In this document: piece after piece, positions 8,927 through 15,819 of the stretch
Numbering within the stretch: position 1 is the first letter of the stretch
How the letters are laid out: each line of letters begins with the position of its first letter
Made by a program: the position numbers and the translations under genes
The notes under the pieces: model-generated
Databases searched by the model: none
What the model saw: the letters and a program-made list of their open reading frames with translations, nothing else
What the model was told of the DNA's origin: nothing
Source: an uncultured virus (IMG/VR IMGVR_UViG_3300044970_001083)
Lineage: Duplodnaviria; Heunggongvirae; Uroviricota; Caudoviricetes
Direction: 5' to 3' (one strand)
Virus record (IMG/VR): IMGVR_UViG_3300044970_001083
DNA length: 64,000 nucleotides

Positions 8927-9463
8927 TTACTTATAAAACGGATTCAAGTCAAGTACTGAACCGCCCCAAATTGTGTGATAAGTTTTACCCATAGCATTGT
9001 CGTATGCATCCATTGTTTCTGGCTTTGTTGCTTCAAACTCAGCATCTTTGCCATCACCAATATTTTTTGGAGAACAAGCAGGACAGTTTGGATAGTCAAC
9101 GTTCATTGCTTTGCATGTTTCGCATCCACAATCTTTGTATCCTTCAGTTGTAACCTGTTGTTCTTGTGGTGTACCACCAGGAATTTCACCAACTATTTGC
9201 TTTATGACTGCTGCTAATTCTTTAATTTGATCTGCTGCTGACATGCTTTCTCCTCCTGTGTTTACTCCCGAATGAGAGTCCCCAATTCCACTTCTACGTC
9301 TTCCATAGCGCAGAACGTCTTCTTTGCTTGCGTCTGGAACGTTTGCATTGAGCGCTGCTAATTGAGATGCAGCCTCTTCTTCTGTTGAATGGGTTCCAAC
9401 AGTCTTGCCTTTGTCATCGACAATAGCATATTCTGAACCTGATCTTTCAATGTGATATGGCAT
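8927..9463 (-). CDS. Putative internal head protein with scaffold-like C-terminal WGG motif
   Basis: N-terminal MPY...GTH.T...A..QLAAL module; CGCETC...CPAC; ends TIWGGSVLDLNPFYK. Confidence 0.5.
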   Translation of the reverse strand: MPYHIERSGSEYAIVDDKGKTVGTHSTEEEAASQLAALNANVPDASKEDVLRYGRRRSGIGDSHSGVNTGGESMSAADQIKELAAVIKQIVGEIPGGTPQEQQVTTEGYKDCGCETCKAMNVDYPNCPACSPKNIGDGKDAEFEATKPETMDAYDNAMGKTYHTIWGGSVLDLNPFYK

Positions 9464-9469
9464 ACTACG

Positions 9470-9478
9470 ATTATATCA
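9470..9478 (-). promoter_or_regulatory. Extended -10 promoter, leaderless gene
   Basis: TGATATAAT, 6 nt before ATG 9463. Confidence 0.6.
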
Positions 9479-9811
9479 GACTTTAGGTCCCAGCATACGC
9501 TTAATTTCTTCTAAAGACCAAACTTCTTCTTTGGTTAGTTTAGAAATCTCAGAAATGTCATATGCCTTTTGTGCAAGAGTAACAAACGGGTCATCGCTCA
9601 TCATGTCGACATTGACAAACCCTTTTTCCCACAAGTTCATAATGTCTTGATTAACACGGTCCAGATGATCTTCGTATAGTTCGGGCATAAGATCTTTCAT
9701 CTTACTAGTCATAGTATATAGAAATTCGTTATTTGTTTCATCTATTCCCGAAATTTCTAGTCCACCCGCCAAAAGAAGGTCATCAATTAACTTATCTTCT
9801 TCATTATTCAT
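9476..9811 (-). CDS. Hypothetical protein
   Basis: Operon-packed ORF. Confidence 0.6.
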   Translation of the reverse strand: MNNEEDKLIDDLLLAGGLEISGIDETNNEFLYTMTSKMKDLMPELYEDHLDRVNQDIMNLWEKGFVNVDMMSDDPFVTLAQKAYDISEISKLTKEEVWSLEEIKRMLGPKV

Positions 9812-10058
9812 TTATAGCGTCCAAAAAATCTTGCTTTTTTAGTGGAGCGCCAGTGAAACGACGGACCTCTTTGCCGTCTTCCATTATAATAAAGGTTGGC
9901 ACCCCTTGTATACCCATTTTTCTGCATAGATCTAGGTTGTCATCAGCATCAATTATCTGAAACTTAACTAATCCATCTTTTTCCAGTTCGTTCACCATAG
10001 GCCTTATTTGTTTACAAGGGTTACACCATTCAGCAGTAAAGTACTGTACGTGTCTCAT
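9804..10058 (-). CDS. Thioredoxin
   Basis: FTAEWCNPCK active site; GVPTF cis-Pro motif. Confidence 0.9.
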   Translation of the reverse strand: MRHVQYFTAEWCNPCKQIRPMVNELEKDGLVKFQIIDADDNLDLCRKMGIQGVPTFIIMEDGKEVRRFTGAPLKKQDFLDAINE

Positions 10059-10462
10059 ACACCTGACGCCTTACGTGCTTTTGCTAATGCTTCAAAGTCT
10101 TTAACCTTAGTCTCTCCCATATAGCCCCAAGCATACCCATCATTGATCATCTTATCATTAACAGACTCCGTGTCTCCATTTACATAAAGCCAGCCAAGAA
10201 TACGACCAAACTTTTCAGATGAATTCATTTTTTCAGTCTTAATGACAACAGACTTTGCATCCTTAAGGTGCTTACTCAGGTATTCTTTAGACTCAAGACC
10301 AAGAGCCTTTTCAGCCTTGTCTGTAGTGCGAGATTCTGGTGTATCAATACCAGCAAGTCTTACTCTTGAACTAAAAGAAATATCAAAACCTAAATCAATA
10401 TCAACATCAATGGTATCTCCATCAACGATCTTTGTTACTTTCTTTACATAATACTCAAACAT
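10055..10462 (-). CDS. Staphylococcal nuclease (thermonuclease)-like protein
   Basis: IVDGDTI, VRLAGIDTPE, KFGRILG. Confidence 0.9.
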   Translation of the reverse strand: MFEYYVKKVTKIVDGDTIDVDIDLGFDISFSSRVRLAGIDTPESRTTDKAEKALGLESKEYLSKHLKDAKSVVIKTEKMNSSEKFGRILGWLYVNGDTESVNDKMINDGYAWGYMGETKVKDFEALAKARKASGV

Positions 10463-10718
10463 TAGTAGTCTTTTCCTTTTCTTTGTTTTGAACTAGTTTA
10501 TCTCTCTCATCAAGAATTGTAAGAGCAAATGCCATCATTTTTTTATATCCCTCTGGATTGTCCATCACTTTGTTATAGTGGTGACCACAAAACATTAGTT
10601 CACCATTAATACCAGTTACCCTAACTAAAGCCTCTGCAGCACAAGAATCGCATCTATCTGTCGCCTTAAGAGTCCACTCTCGTGTAACTTCTGCTTCTTC
10701 TTTAATCATCATTTTCAT
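10455..10718 (-). CDS. Small Zn-binding actinobacterial-type protein
   Basis: DRCDSCAAEA...LMFCGHH; TATACT at 10719-10724 suggests a leaderless start at 10712. Confidence 0.65.
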   Translation of the reverse strand: MKMMIKEEAEVTREWTLKATDRCDSCAAEALVRVTGINGELMFCGHHYNKVMDNPEGYKKMMAFALTILDERDKLVQNKEKEKTTNV

Positions 10719-10727
10719 AGTATACCG

Positions 10728-10913
10728 CTACTTTCTGTTATCAGTTGAATAAAACCCTGGACCATTTAAAACTACCCCGAAATTAGAGTATACACGAACC
10801 AGTGGTAGAGTGCAAGTTTCACACTCATACCCTGGATCGTCTTCTTTAATACTACGAACTTTAACAATAGTGTTTTCGCAATCACCACTACATGTATATT
10901 CGTATGCTGGCAT
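10728..10913 (-). CDS. FmdB-family zinc-ribbon protein
   Basis: MPAYEYTC..C...CETC...GPGFYSTD. Confidence 0.85.
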   Translation of the reverse strand: MPAYEYTCSGDCENTIVKVRSIKEDDPGYECETCTLPLVRVYSNFGVVLNGPGFYSTDNRK

Positions 10914-10914
10914 A

Positions 10915-11700
10915 TTATTTAGCCTTTAGTGCCCTTAGAGTTGCTTGATCAACAATTCCTGTTGCTGGAAGTCCAGACTTTTTTTGAAAGTCTTTAACTG
11001 CTTTTGCTGTTCCTGGACCAAACGAACCATCTGCTTTGACGCCAAGAAGTGCCTGAATAGTTTTTACGCCAGACCCACTAGCCCCAGTTGTAATTGGCTT
11101 AAAAACTGCAGGCTTATTGGCTACTGGCTTGGCAGCGGATGCTGGTGCTGCAACTTCACCACCCTTAGAAAGCAATGCAAGGGTTTCTTCTCCAGTATAA
11201 ACTGGACGACCCCAACCTACAACTGCGTTCAAAATGCCTTTTTTGTTCTTTACATAAGCACGAGTTTTTTCTACACACATTCCGCCATTTCTCTGGTCTC
11301 CCTTTGAAGTTCCTGATGTGTTTCCTTCAATAACCTGAATAGTTCCATCTTTGTTGTTCTTAATGCAAAGACCAACATGAGAAATACGATTTACACCGTC
11401 ATCTGGAAAATCAAAGAAGATCCAGTCTCCTGGAGTTGGATCATCGTTACGAGCATCTGCCCAGCGATTATTTTTCTTGAACCAATCTGCTGCTGCTACT
11501 GTTGAAGCAGTCTTAGGATATTTATTTGGATTTAATCCTGATGTAAATGCACACCACGAAACGAATGACTGACACCATGGCTGGAAGTTAGCACCAGTCC
11601 ACTTGCCGTACTTTGTTTCATTATCTTTTGGACCTTCAATTGTCCCTAGTTCTTTCTTTGCAACCTCTATGATTGCTTCTAATGAGCCTTTGACAGCCAT
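10915..11700 (-). CDS. Endolysin: CHAP domain plus peptidoglycan-binding domain
   Basis: PWCQSFVSW, SHVGL, IEGNT; C-terminal ADGSFGPGTAKAVKDFQ...TGIVD. Confidence 0.9.
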   Translation of the reverse strand: MAVKGSLEAIIEVAKKELGTIEGPKDNETKYGKWTGANFQPWCQSFVSWCAFTSGLNPNKYPKTASTVAAADWFKKNNRWADARNDDPTPGDWIFFDFPDDGVNRISHVGLCIKNNKDGTIQVIEGNTSGTSKGDQRNGGMCVEKTRAYVKNKKGILNAVVGWGRPVYTGEETLALLSKGGEVAAPASAAKPVANKPAVFKPITTGASGSGVKTIQALLGVKADGSFGPGTAKAVKDFQKKSGLPATGIVDQATLRALKAK

Positions 11701-11727
11701 ATATAACCTCCTAAAGTTAGTGTTTCA

Positions 11728-11736
11728 ATTATAGCA
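11728..11736 (-). promoter_or_regulatory. Extended -10 promoter of the endolysin
   Basis: TGCTATAAT followed by a short leader with AGGAGG. Confidence 0.65.
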
Positions 11737-12012
11737 TTAAGCAGTCTTGCTTGTCAATCTGTTATGAGTTCTTATCCTATGACAGTTTGCACATACTACT
11801 TCACATTTTGCTATTTCTTTTTTTATTGCTGCCCAGGAAAATCCATCGTGAATCATCCTAGAAATATTATATTTTTTATTGTGAAGATGATCAAAATCTA
11901 AAACTATGTGATTACATTCTCCGCAGTCAACACACCCACTAGCCTCCTTAATTTCTTTCAGACGCTGCTTGAATTGCTGTTTATTAAAAACTGCCAATTC
12001 TTTATCTGACAT
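11737..12012 (-). CDS. Small HNH endonuclease
   Basis: CVDCG...LDFDH...CEVVCANCHRIRT; TATAAT at 12021-12026, leaderless. Confidence 0.85.
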   Translation of the reverse strand: MSDKELAVFNKQQFKQRLKEIKEASGCVDCGECNHIVLDFDHLHNKKYNISRMIHDGFSWAAIKKEIAKCEVVCANCHRIRTHNRLTSKTA

Positions 12013-12040
12013 AGATCTTAATTATACACCTAAATGTAAA

Positions 12041-12124
12041 GCCCTACACAGGCATTCCAGGCACTTAAGCCACGGTCTCATATAGTTGGGTAACTAAACC
12101 ATCTCTAAGGTCCTGTGTAGGGAC
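12041..12124 (-). ncRNA. Putative ~84-nt structured small RNA
   Basis: TATAAT at 12132-12137; perfect 11-bp terminal stem CCCUACACAGG/CCUGUGUAGGG; nested inner helices; followed by UUU. Confidence 0.55.
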
Positions 12125-12137
12125 TACCTACATTATA

Positions 12138-12554
12138 TTACTTGATTTTAATTGATTTGGGTTTCTTTTCTTCAGGAACGATACGGTCTACATTAATATG
12201 TAGCATACCGTCCTTGATTTCAGCCCCAGTTACTTCCATATATTCCCCAAGTGCAAATGATCTCGTAAACTTACGGCTTGCAATTCCCTTGTGAACTACT
12301 TCAGCATCTACCACTTCAACAATTTCTCCCTTAATAATTAAGGTTCCGTTGTCTACTGATACATCAATATCATCCTTAGAAAATCCAGCAATAGCCAAAG
12401 AAATTCTATATGTATCTTCATCTAGTTTAAAAAGATCATATGGAGGATAAGACGTTGTATTTGTTTTGTGTGCTGTATTAAGACGGCCTAACTCTCTGTT
12501 AAAGCCAATAAAAAAAGGATCATTGAATAGATCCATTGCGAACTGTGTTACCAT
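12138..12554 (-). CDS. hsp20: Small heat-shock protein Hsp20 (copy 1)
   Basis: YPPYDL, LAIAGF, HKGIASRKFTRSFAL, DGMLHI. Confidence 0.95.
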   Translation of the reverse strand: MVTQFAMDLFNDPFFIGFNRELGRLNTAHKTNTTSYPPYDLFKLDEDTYRISLAIAGFSKDDIDVSVDNGTLIIKGEIVEVVDAEVVHKGIASRKFTRSFALGEYMEVTGAEIKDGMLHINVDRIVPEEKKPKSIKIK

Positions 12555-12557
12555 TTT

Positions 12558-12620
12558 TATTCCCCTTTCAAGCGAATAAGTAGTGCACCCCCATATTTGG
12601 CAAGTGCACTACCTATTATA
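12558..12620 (-). promoter_or_regulatory. hsp20 promoter plus ROSE-like 5' UTR
   Basis: TATAAT at 12615-12620; GTAGTGCAC/GTGCACTAC hairpin; UAUUCGCUU-GA-AAGGGGAAUA hairpin occluding the SD. Confidence 0.6.
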
Positions 12621-12622
12621 CA

Positions 12623-13492
12623 CTAATTTGAAATGTATGGATAGTTTGCTGACTTTGGTAGCCCTGCAATAAAGGCATCCCACGTCAATGAACTATTCCT
12701 TGCTACAGCAAGCGATGCTGCAATTGGGGTGGCAACTGATGTTCCAGTAATAGTAATATTCCAGCCACCAAGTGACTTAATATCTGCATCACCTTTAGCA
12801 ACAACATCAAGGCCTGGACCAACATTTGTATACGTAGCAAAATCTGTATAAGATGATGCTGGGAATGGCTTAGTTCCGCTTGTTGGTCTTAGAGCACCAA
12901 CAGCAATTACACCAGGAACGCATGAAGGAAACCCAATCATGTTTTTCTTTGAGTCATTTCCTGTAGCGACAAAAGTTGCAACATTTTGCAAGTTTAGGTT
13001 GCTTACCGCTGATTCAAACACTGAGTCCTTTGGGCATGTACCAGCAGCAAAGTTGCTTCTTGACTGACTAATTGATACTGCTTTAATATTAAACTTTGCA
13101 GAATTCTTTGATACCCAATCAATTGCTAGTGCCAACGATCTTCCGTCATTGTGCATTGCACTAAACTTAGAATAAACATTGATGTCTGAGATACGAATAA
13201 AGACAATCTTTACTGAAGGATTTGCTAGTACTGCTGCTTGGGAAACATTGAATCCGTGTTCAACTCCTTTTACCTTCCAGTCGCTAACCATTGCGGAGCC
13301 TTTACCTTCTTGAAAAGAAGTTCCGTTTGGACAAGTCTTTAAAGTAAAACATACTTCGTATACAACATTTGTATTCTTAGAAGAATCAATTGCTGTATCA
13401 ATAATTGCGATTGTGCTTGTCTCTGTTGCTTGAACTGGTTGAACTACAAAAAGTCCAAGAATTGCTACTGCTAATACCACTATCTTTTTCAT
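12623..13492 (-). CDS. Secreted subtilisin-like (S8) serine protease
   Basis: Signal peptide; IIDTAID, HG, ATGND, GTSVATP catalytic motifs. Confidence 0.85.
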   Translation of the reverse strand: MKKIVVLAVAILGLFVVQPVQATETSTIAIIDTAIDSSKNTNVVYEVCFTLKTCPNGTSFQEGKGSAMVSDWKVKGVEHGFNVSQAAVLANPSVKIVFIRISDINVYSKFSAMHNDGRSLALAIDWVSKNSAKFNIKAVSISQSRSNFAAGTCPKDSVFESAVSNLNLQNVATFVATGNDSKKNMIGFPSCVPGVIAVGALRPTSGTKPFPASSYTDFATYTNVGPGLDVVAKGDADIKSLGGWNITITGTSVATPIAASLAVARNSSLTWDAFIAGLPKSANYPYISN

Positions 13493-13499
13493 TTTATTC

Positions 13500-13682
13500 C
13501 TATTCTATTACTTTGATTACTACTTGACATGGGTCGCCGCCTTGGTCCCACTCTTCCATCTCTTCCTCTGTCATATAGGGATCACCCTCATGAGTACTGC
13601 AAAACGGTTCAGTTACCCATCCCCGCTCAATTCCGTTTTCTAACCAGATACGAAACTCTAAATGGTTTTCTTCGTTTATCAT
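13500..13682 (-). CDS. Hypothetical protein
   Basis: GIERGW...CSTHEG...GGDPC; leaderless. Confidence 0.65.
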   Translation of the reverse strand: MINEENHLEFRIWLENGIERGWVTEPFCSTHEGDPYMTEEEMEEWDQGGDPCQVVIKVIE

Positions 13683-13688
13683 ATTACT

Positions 13689-13718
13689 AGTTTACACCAT
13701 CTAAACCTAATCTGTCAA
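13689..13718 (-). promoter_or_regulatory. SigA-type promoter
   Basis: TTGACA-18 nt-TAAACT, 6 nt before ATG 13682. Confidence 0.6.
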
Positions 13719-14501
13719 CTTCTTTTTTTTAGGAAGTTGATGATCTTTAAATTTATTACCAAAATAATCATATCCCATAAAATATTTTTTATCAGGACCT
13801 AAGTGTTGGTGATTGTGTATGCTACGGTCTAAATCGTGTTGATGACCTGTATCAATTTCTTCATCAATTATCTCTTTATCAAATATATCATATGCACTTT
13901 TTAACTCAAAAGAATCACAAAAATATCTTGGTATAGGAATTATTCCAGCCAATGGCGCATTTGCCTCTATTTCTATTAATGTGTCAACTAAATCTATTTT
14001 TAAATTAAGAGTGAATGTAAATCTAAGATTATCAGACTCTACAACGCCTGTCATAGGACTCATTCCAGGAACTGGAAAGTTTGGTGGAGCGATTGTCATT
14101 AAGTTAACTCCTGGTGGAGTTTTTAATGTAACTGGAAAATGAATTGTTAGAATTCCAGATCCAAATTCAGAGACTGCGTGTATAAACAGTTTCTCTTTAT
14201 ATTGTTCTACATCTTCACCATACCAAACTTGAACATCTTCTCTTCTGTCACCGCCATTCCAAGCAACCTTGAATGAGTATGGTAAACTAAAAACAAATCC
14301 TTGCATATTGCCAATTGAAAGTGGAAGACATTTATAAAAATGTGGAGTAAACCAATATCTTTCATGTGTTGTGTTTAGTGGTTTTAAAAACAATGAAAGT
14401 TTTTTCATATCAAAATATGTTTCTTTATCTCTTGAGACTGTTGGGAAAACTGCAATTGTTTTTTCTGGAACAGACAAACCATCATCTTGATTAATTATCA
14501 T
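13707..14501 (-). CDS. DUF6065-like protein
   Basis: HFYKCLPLSIGN..GF, TPPGVNL, PMTGVVESD, FTFTLN, PLAGIIPIPR. Confidence 0.6.
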   Translation of the reverse strand: MIINQDDGLSVPEKTIAVFPTVSRDKETYFDMKKLSLFLKPLNTTHERYWFTPHFYKCLPLSIGNMQGFVFSLPYSFKVAWNGGDRREDVQVWYGEDVEQYKEKLFIHAVSEFGSGILTIHFPVTLKTPPGVNLMTIAPPNFPVPGMSPMTGVVESDNLRFTFTLNLKIDLVDTLIEIEANAPLAGIIPIPRYFCDSFELKSAYDIFDKEIIDEEIDTGHQHDLDRSIHNHQHLGPDKKYFMGYDYFGNKFKDHQLPKKKKLTD

Positions 14502-14502
14502 G

Positions 14503-15027
14503 TCAAATACTCACCACATCAACTGGACCCATACATGAGGGGCTAAACTTAATTGCAGCGGATACCGCTGAAACTACACGATTTCTTGCATTTTTTTGTT
14601 TATCTGTTGCATATAAAACCCCATATGCATATTCTGCTCCTGATCCCATTGCTAGATATGGTAGTGTGTATTTAGACAAAGACATATCTCCAGAACTATG
14701 CTCATAAATTTCTCCACGAACCGCAATTATCAAACCAAGATCTCCGTCTTTAGAAGTATCAACCCAAAATTCATTATAGAATTCACGTAGTTCTTTTACA
14801 AACCTTGTCTGCATAAACTTATCAGTATCTTTAATGTTTGGCGGTGTTGGCTTAAAGTTATAGCGAATTCTTTCTCCGTCCATTGCACCAGCGTAGCCAA
14901 TTAGGTATGGACCGATCTTCCAAACTTTTGGAGCATCTAAAGCAAGGATGGTTCCATCATCTGATGCCCCACGGTCACCAGCCATATATATTTTGTCTTC
15001 TTGCTTTACTACAGCGATACAAGTCAT
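14503..15027 (-). CDS. HslV/proteasome-beta-like Ntn protease
   Basis: N-terminal MTCIA (Thr nucleophile), AGDR, PKV, IGYAG, AMGSGA. Confidence 0.8.
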   Translation of the reverse strand: MTCIAVVKQEDKIYMAGDRGASDDGTILALDAPKVWKIGPYLIGYAGAMDGERIRYNFKPTPPNIKDTDKFMQTRFVKELREFYNEFWVDTSKDGDLGLIIAVRGEIYEHSSGDMSLSKYTLPYLAMGSGAEYAYGVLYATDKQKNARNRVVSAVSAAIKFSPSCMGPVDVVSI

Positions 15028-15056
15028 GCAGAAACCCCTCTAGATGCGTATGTTTA

Positions 15057-15085
15057 AGTATAGCATCTACTCTAAATAGTGTCAA
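15057..15085 (-). promoter_or_regulatory. Near-consensus SigA promoter
   Basis: TTGACA-17 nt-TATACT with TG extension. Confidence 0.75.
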
Positions 15086-15097
15086 GCAAGGTGTTAT

Positions 15098-15424
15098 TTA
15101 TTCAATAAAATCATTAAAATCATTAAGATCATCTACTGTTACATCAGGTGTAGATGTCTGAATAGGCTGTGAGTTATCTGTACCCCCACCATTTTTACCA
15201 ATTAAGATACCAGCCAGTGTGCCAGTAATAAATGTTGCTACGGATGACAAAACATTAAAAAACATCTTATCATTTTCTGACTGCTCACCTATTGGTTGTG
15301 TTACAAAAACAAGGGCATATAGGATGCCCATAGTCGTAAACAAAAGGATTGTTCCTAATGTCATGCCAAGAAAAAACTTTAATCGTGCATCTAATTCATC
15401 TGATGTATATCTTTTTCTACTCAT
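15098..15424 (-). CDS. Two-TM membrane protein
   Basis: Two long hydrophobic helices, acidic tail. Confidence 0.65.
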   Translation of the reverse strand: MSRKRYTSDELDARLKFFLGMTLGTILLFTTMGILYALVFVTQPIGEQSENDKMFFNVLSSVATFITGTLAGILIGKNGGGTDNSQPIQTSTPDVTVDDLNDFNDFIE

Positions 15425-15626
15425 TTACGCCACCCTCCGAAGGATCAAAACCAAGTATATCTTTACTGCATAGTCCATCTGCTAAGCAAACTGGAACAGT
15501 ACACTCTTTATTATACCAGTTTTCAGGATCGTGGCAGTCATAACGATATCTATTTTCTAGCATACCGCATGAAGTTAGAAACATAGATAAGCCTATGACT
15601 GATACCACTGATGATATTTTCTTCAT
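15417..15626 (-). CDS. Small Cys-rich lipoprotein
   Basis: Lipobox LTSC; RYDCHDPENW...C...C..DG.C; TATAAT at 15634-15639, leaderless. Confidence 0.7.
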   Translation of the reverse strand: MKKISSVVSVIGLSMFLTSCGMLENRYRYDCHDPENWYNKECTVPVCLADGLCSKDILGFDPSEGGVNE

Positions 15627-15639
15627 AATTTGTATTATA

Positions 15640-15819
15640 CTACTCTTCTTTATTTCTAGCAGGACTAGTTAATATCCATAATGCGGTAGTGGCTATGATT
15701 CCATAACCCACAATAGTCTTTGCACTACCGTCCAAAACCACCCAGGCAATAAACATTCCAAGAAGAGTCCATGCCTGATCTACTAGGTCTTTCATTATAT
15801 TCTTTATTACTCTTACCAT
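15640..15819 (-). CDS. Small two-TM membrane protein (59 aa)
   Basis: Not in the ORF track. MVRVIKNIMKDLVDQAWTLLGMFIAWVVLDGSAKTIVGYGIIATTALWILTSPARNKEE; overlaps the stop of the PA14 gene. Confidence 0.7.
   Translation of the reverse strand: MVRVIKNIMKDLVDQAWTLLGMFIAWVVLDGSAKTIVGYGIIATTALWILTSPARNKEE

Noticed and set aside
12041..12124. tRNA, hammerhead/twister/HDV ribozyme or simple terminator as the identity of the structured element
   Set aside because: No T-loop (GUUCRA), cloverleaf or catalytic core consensus was recognised, and the 59-nt interior is too large for a terminator loop.
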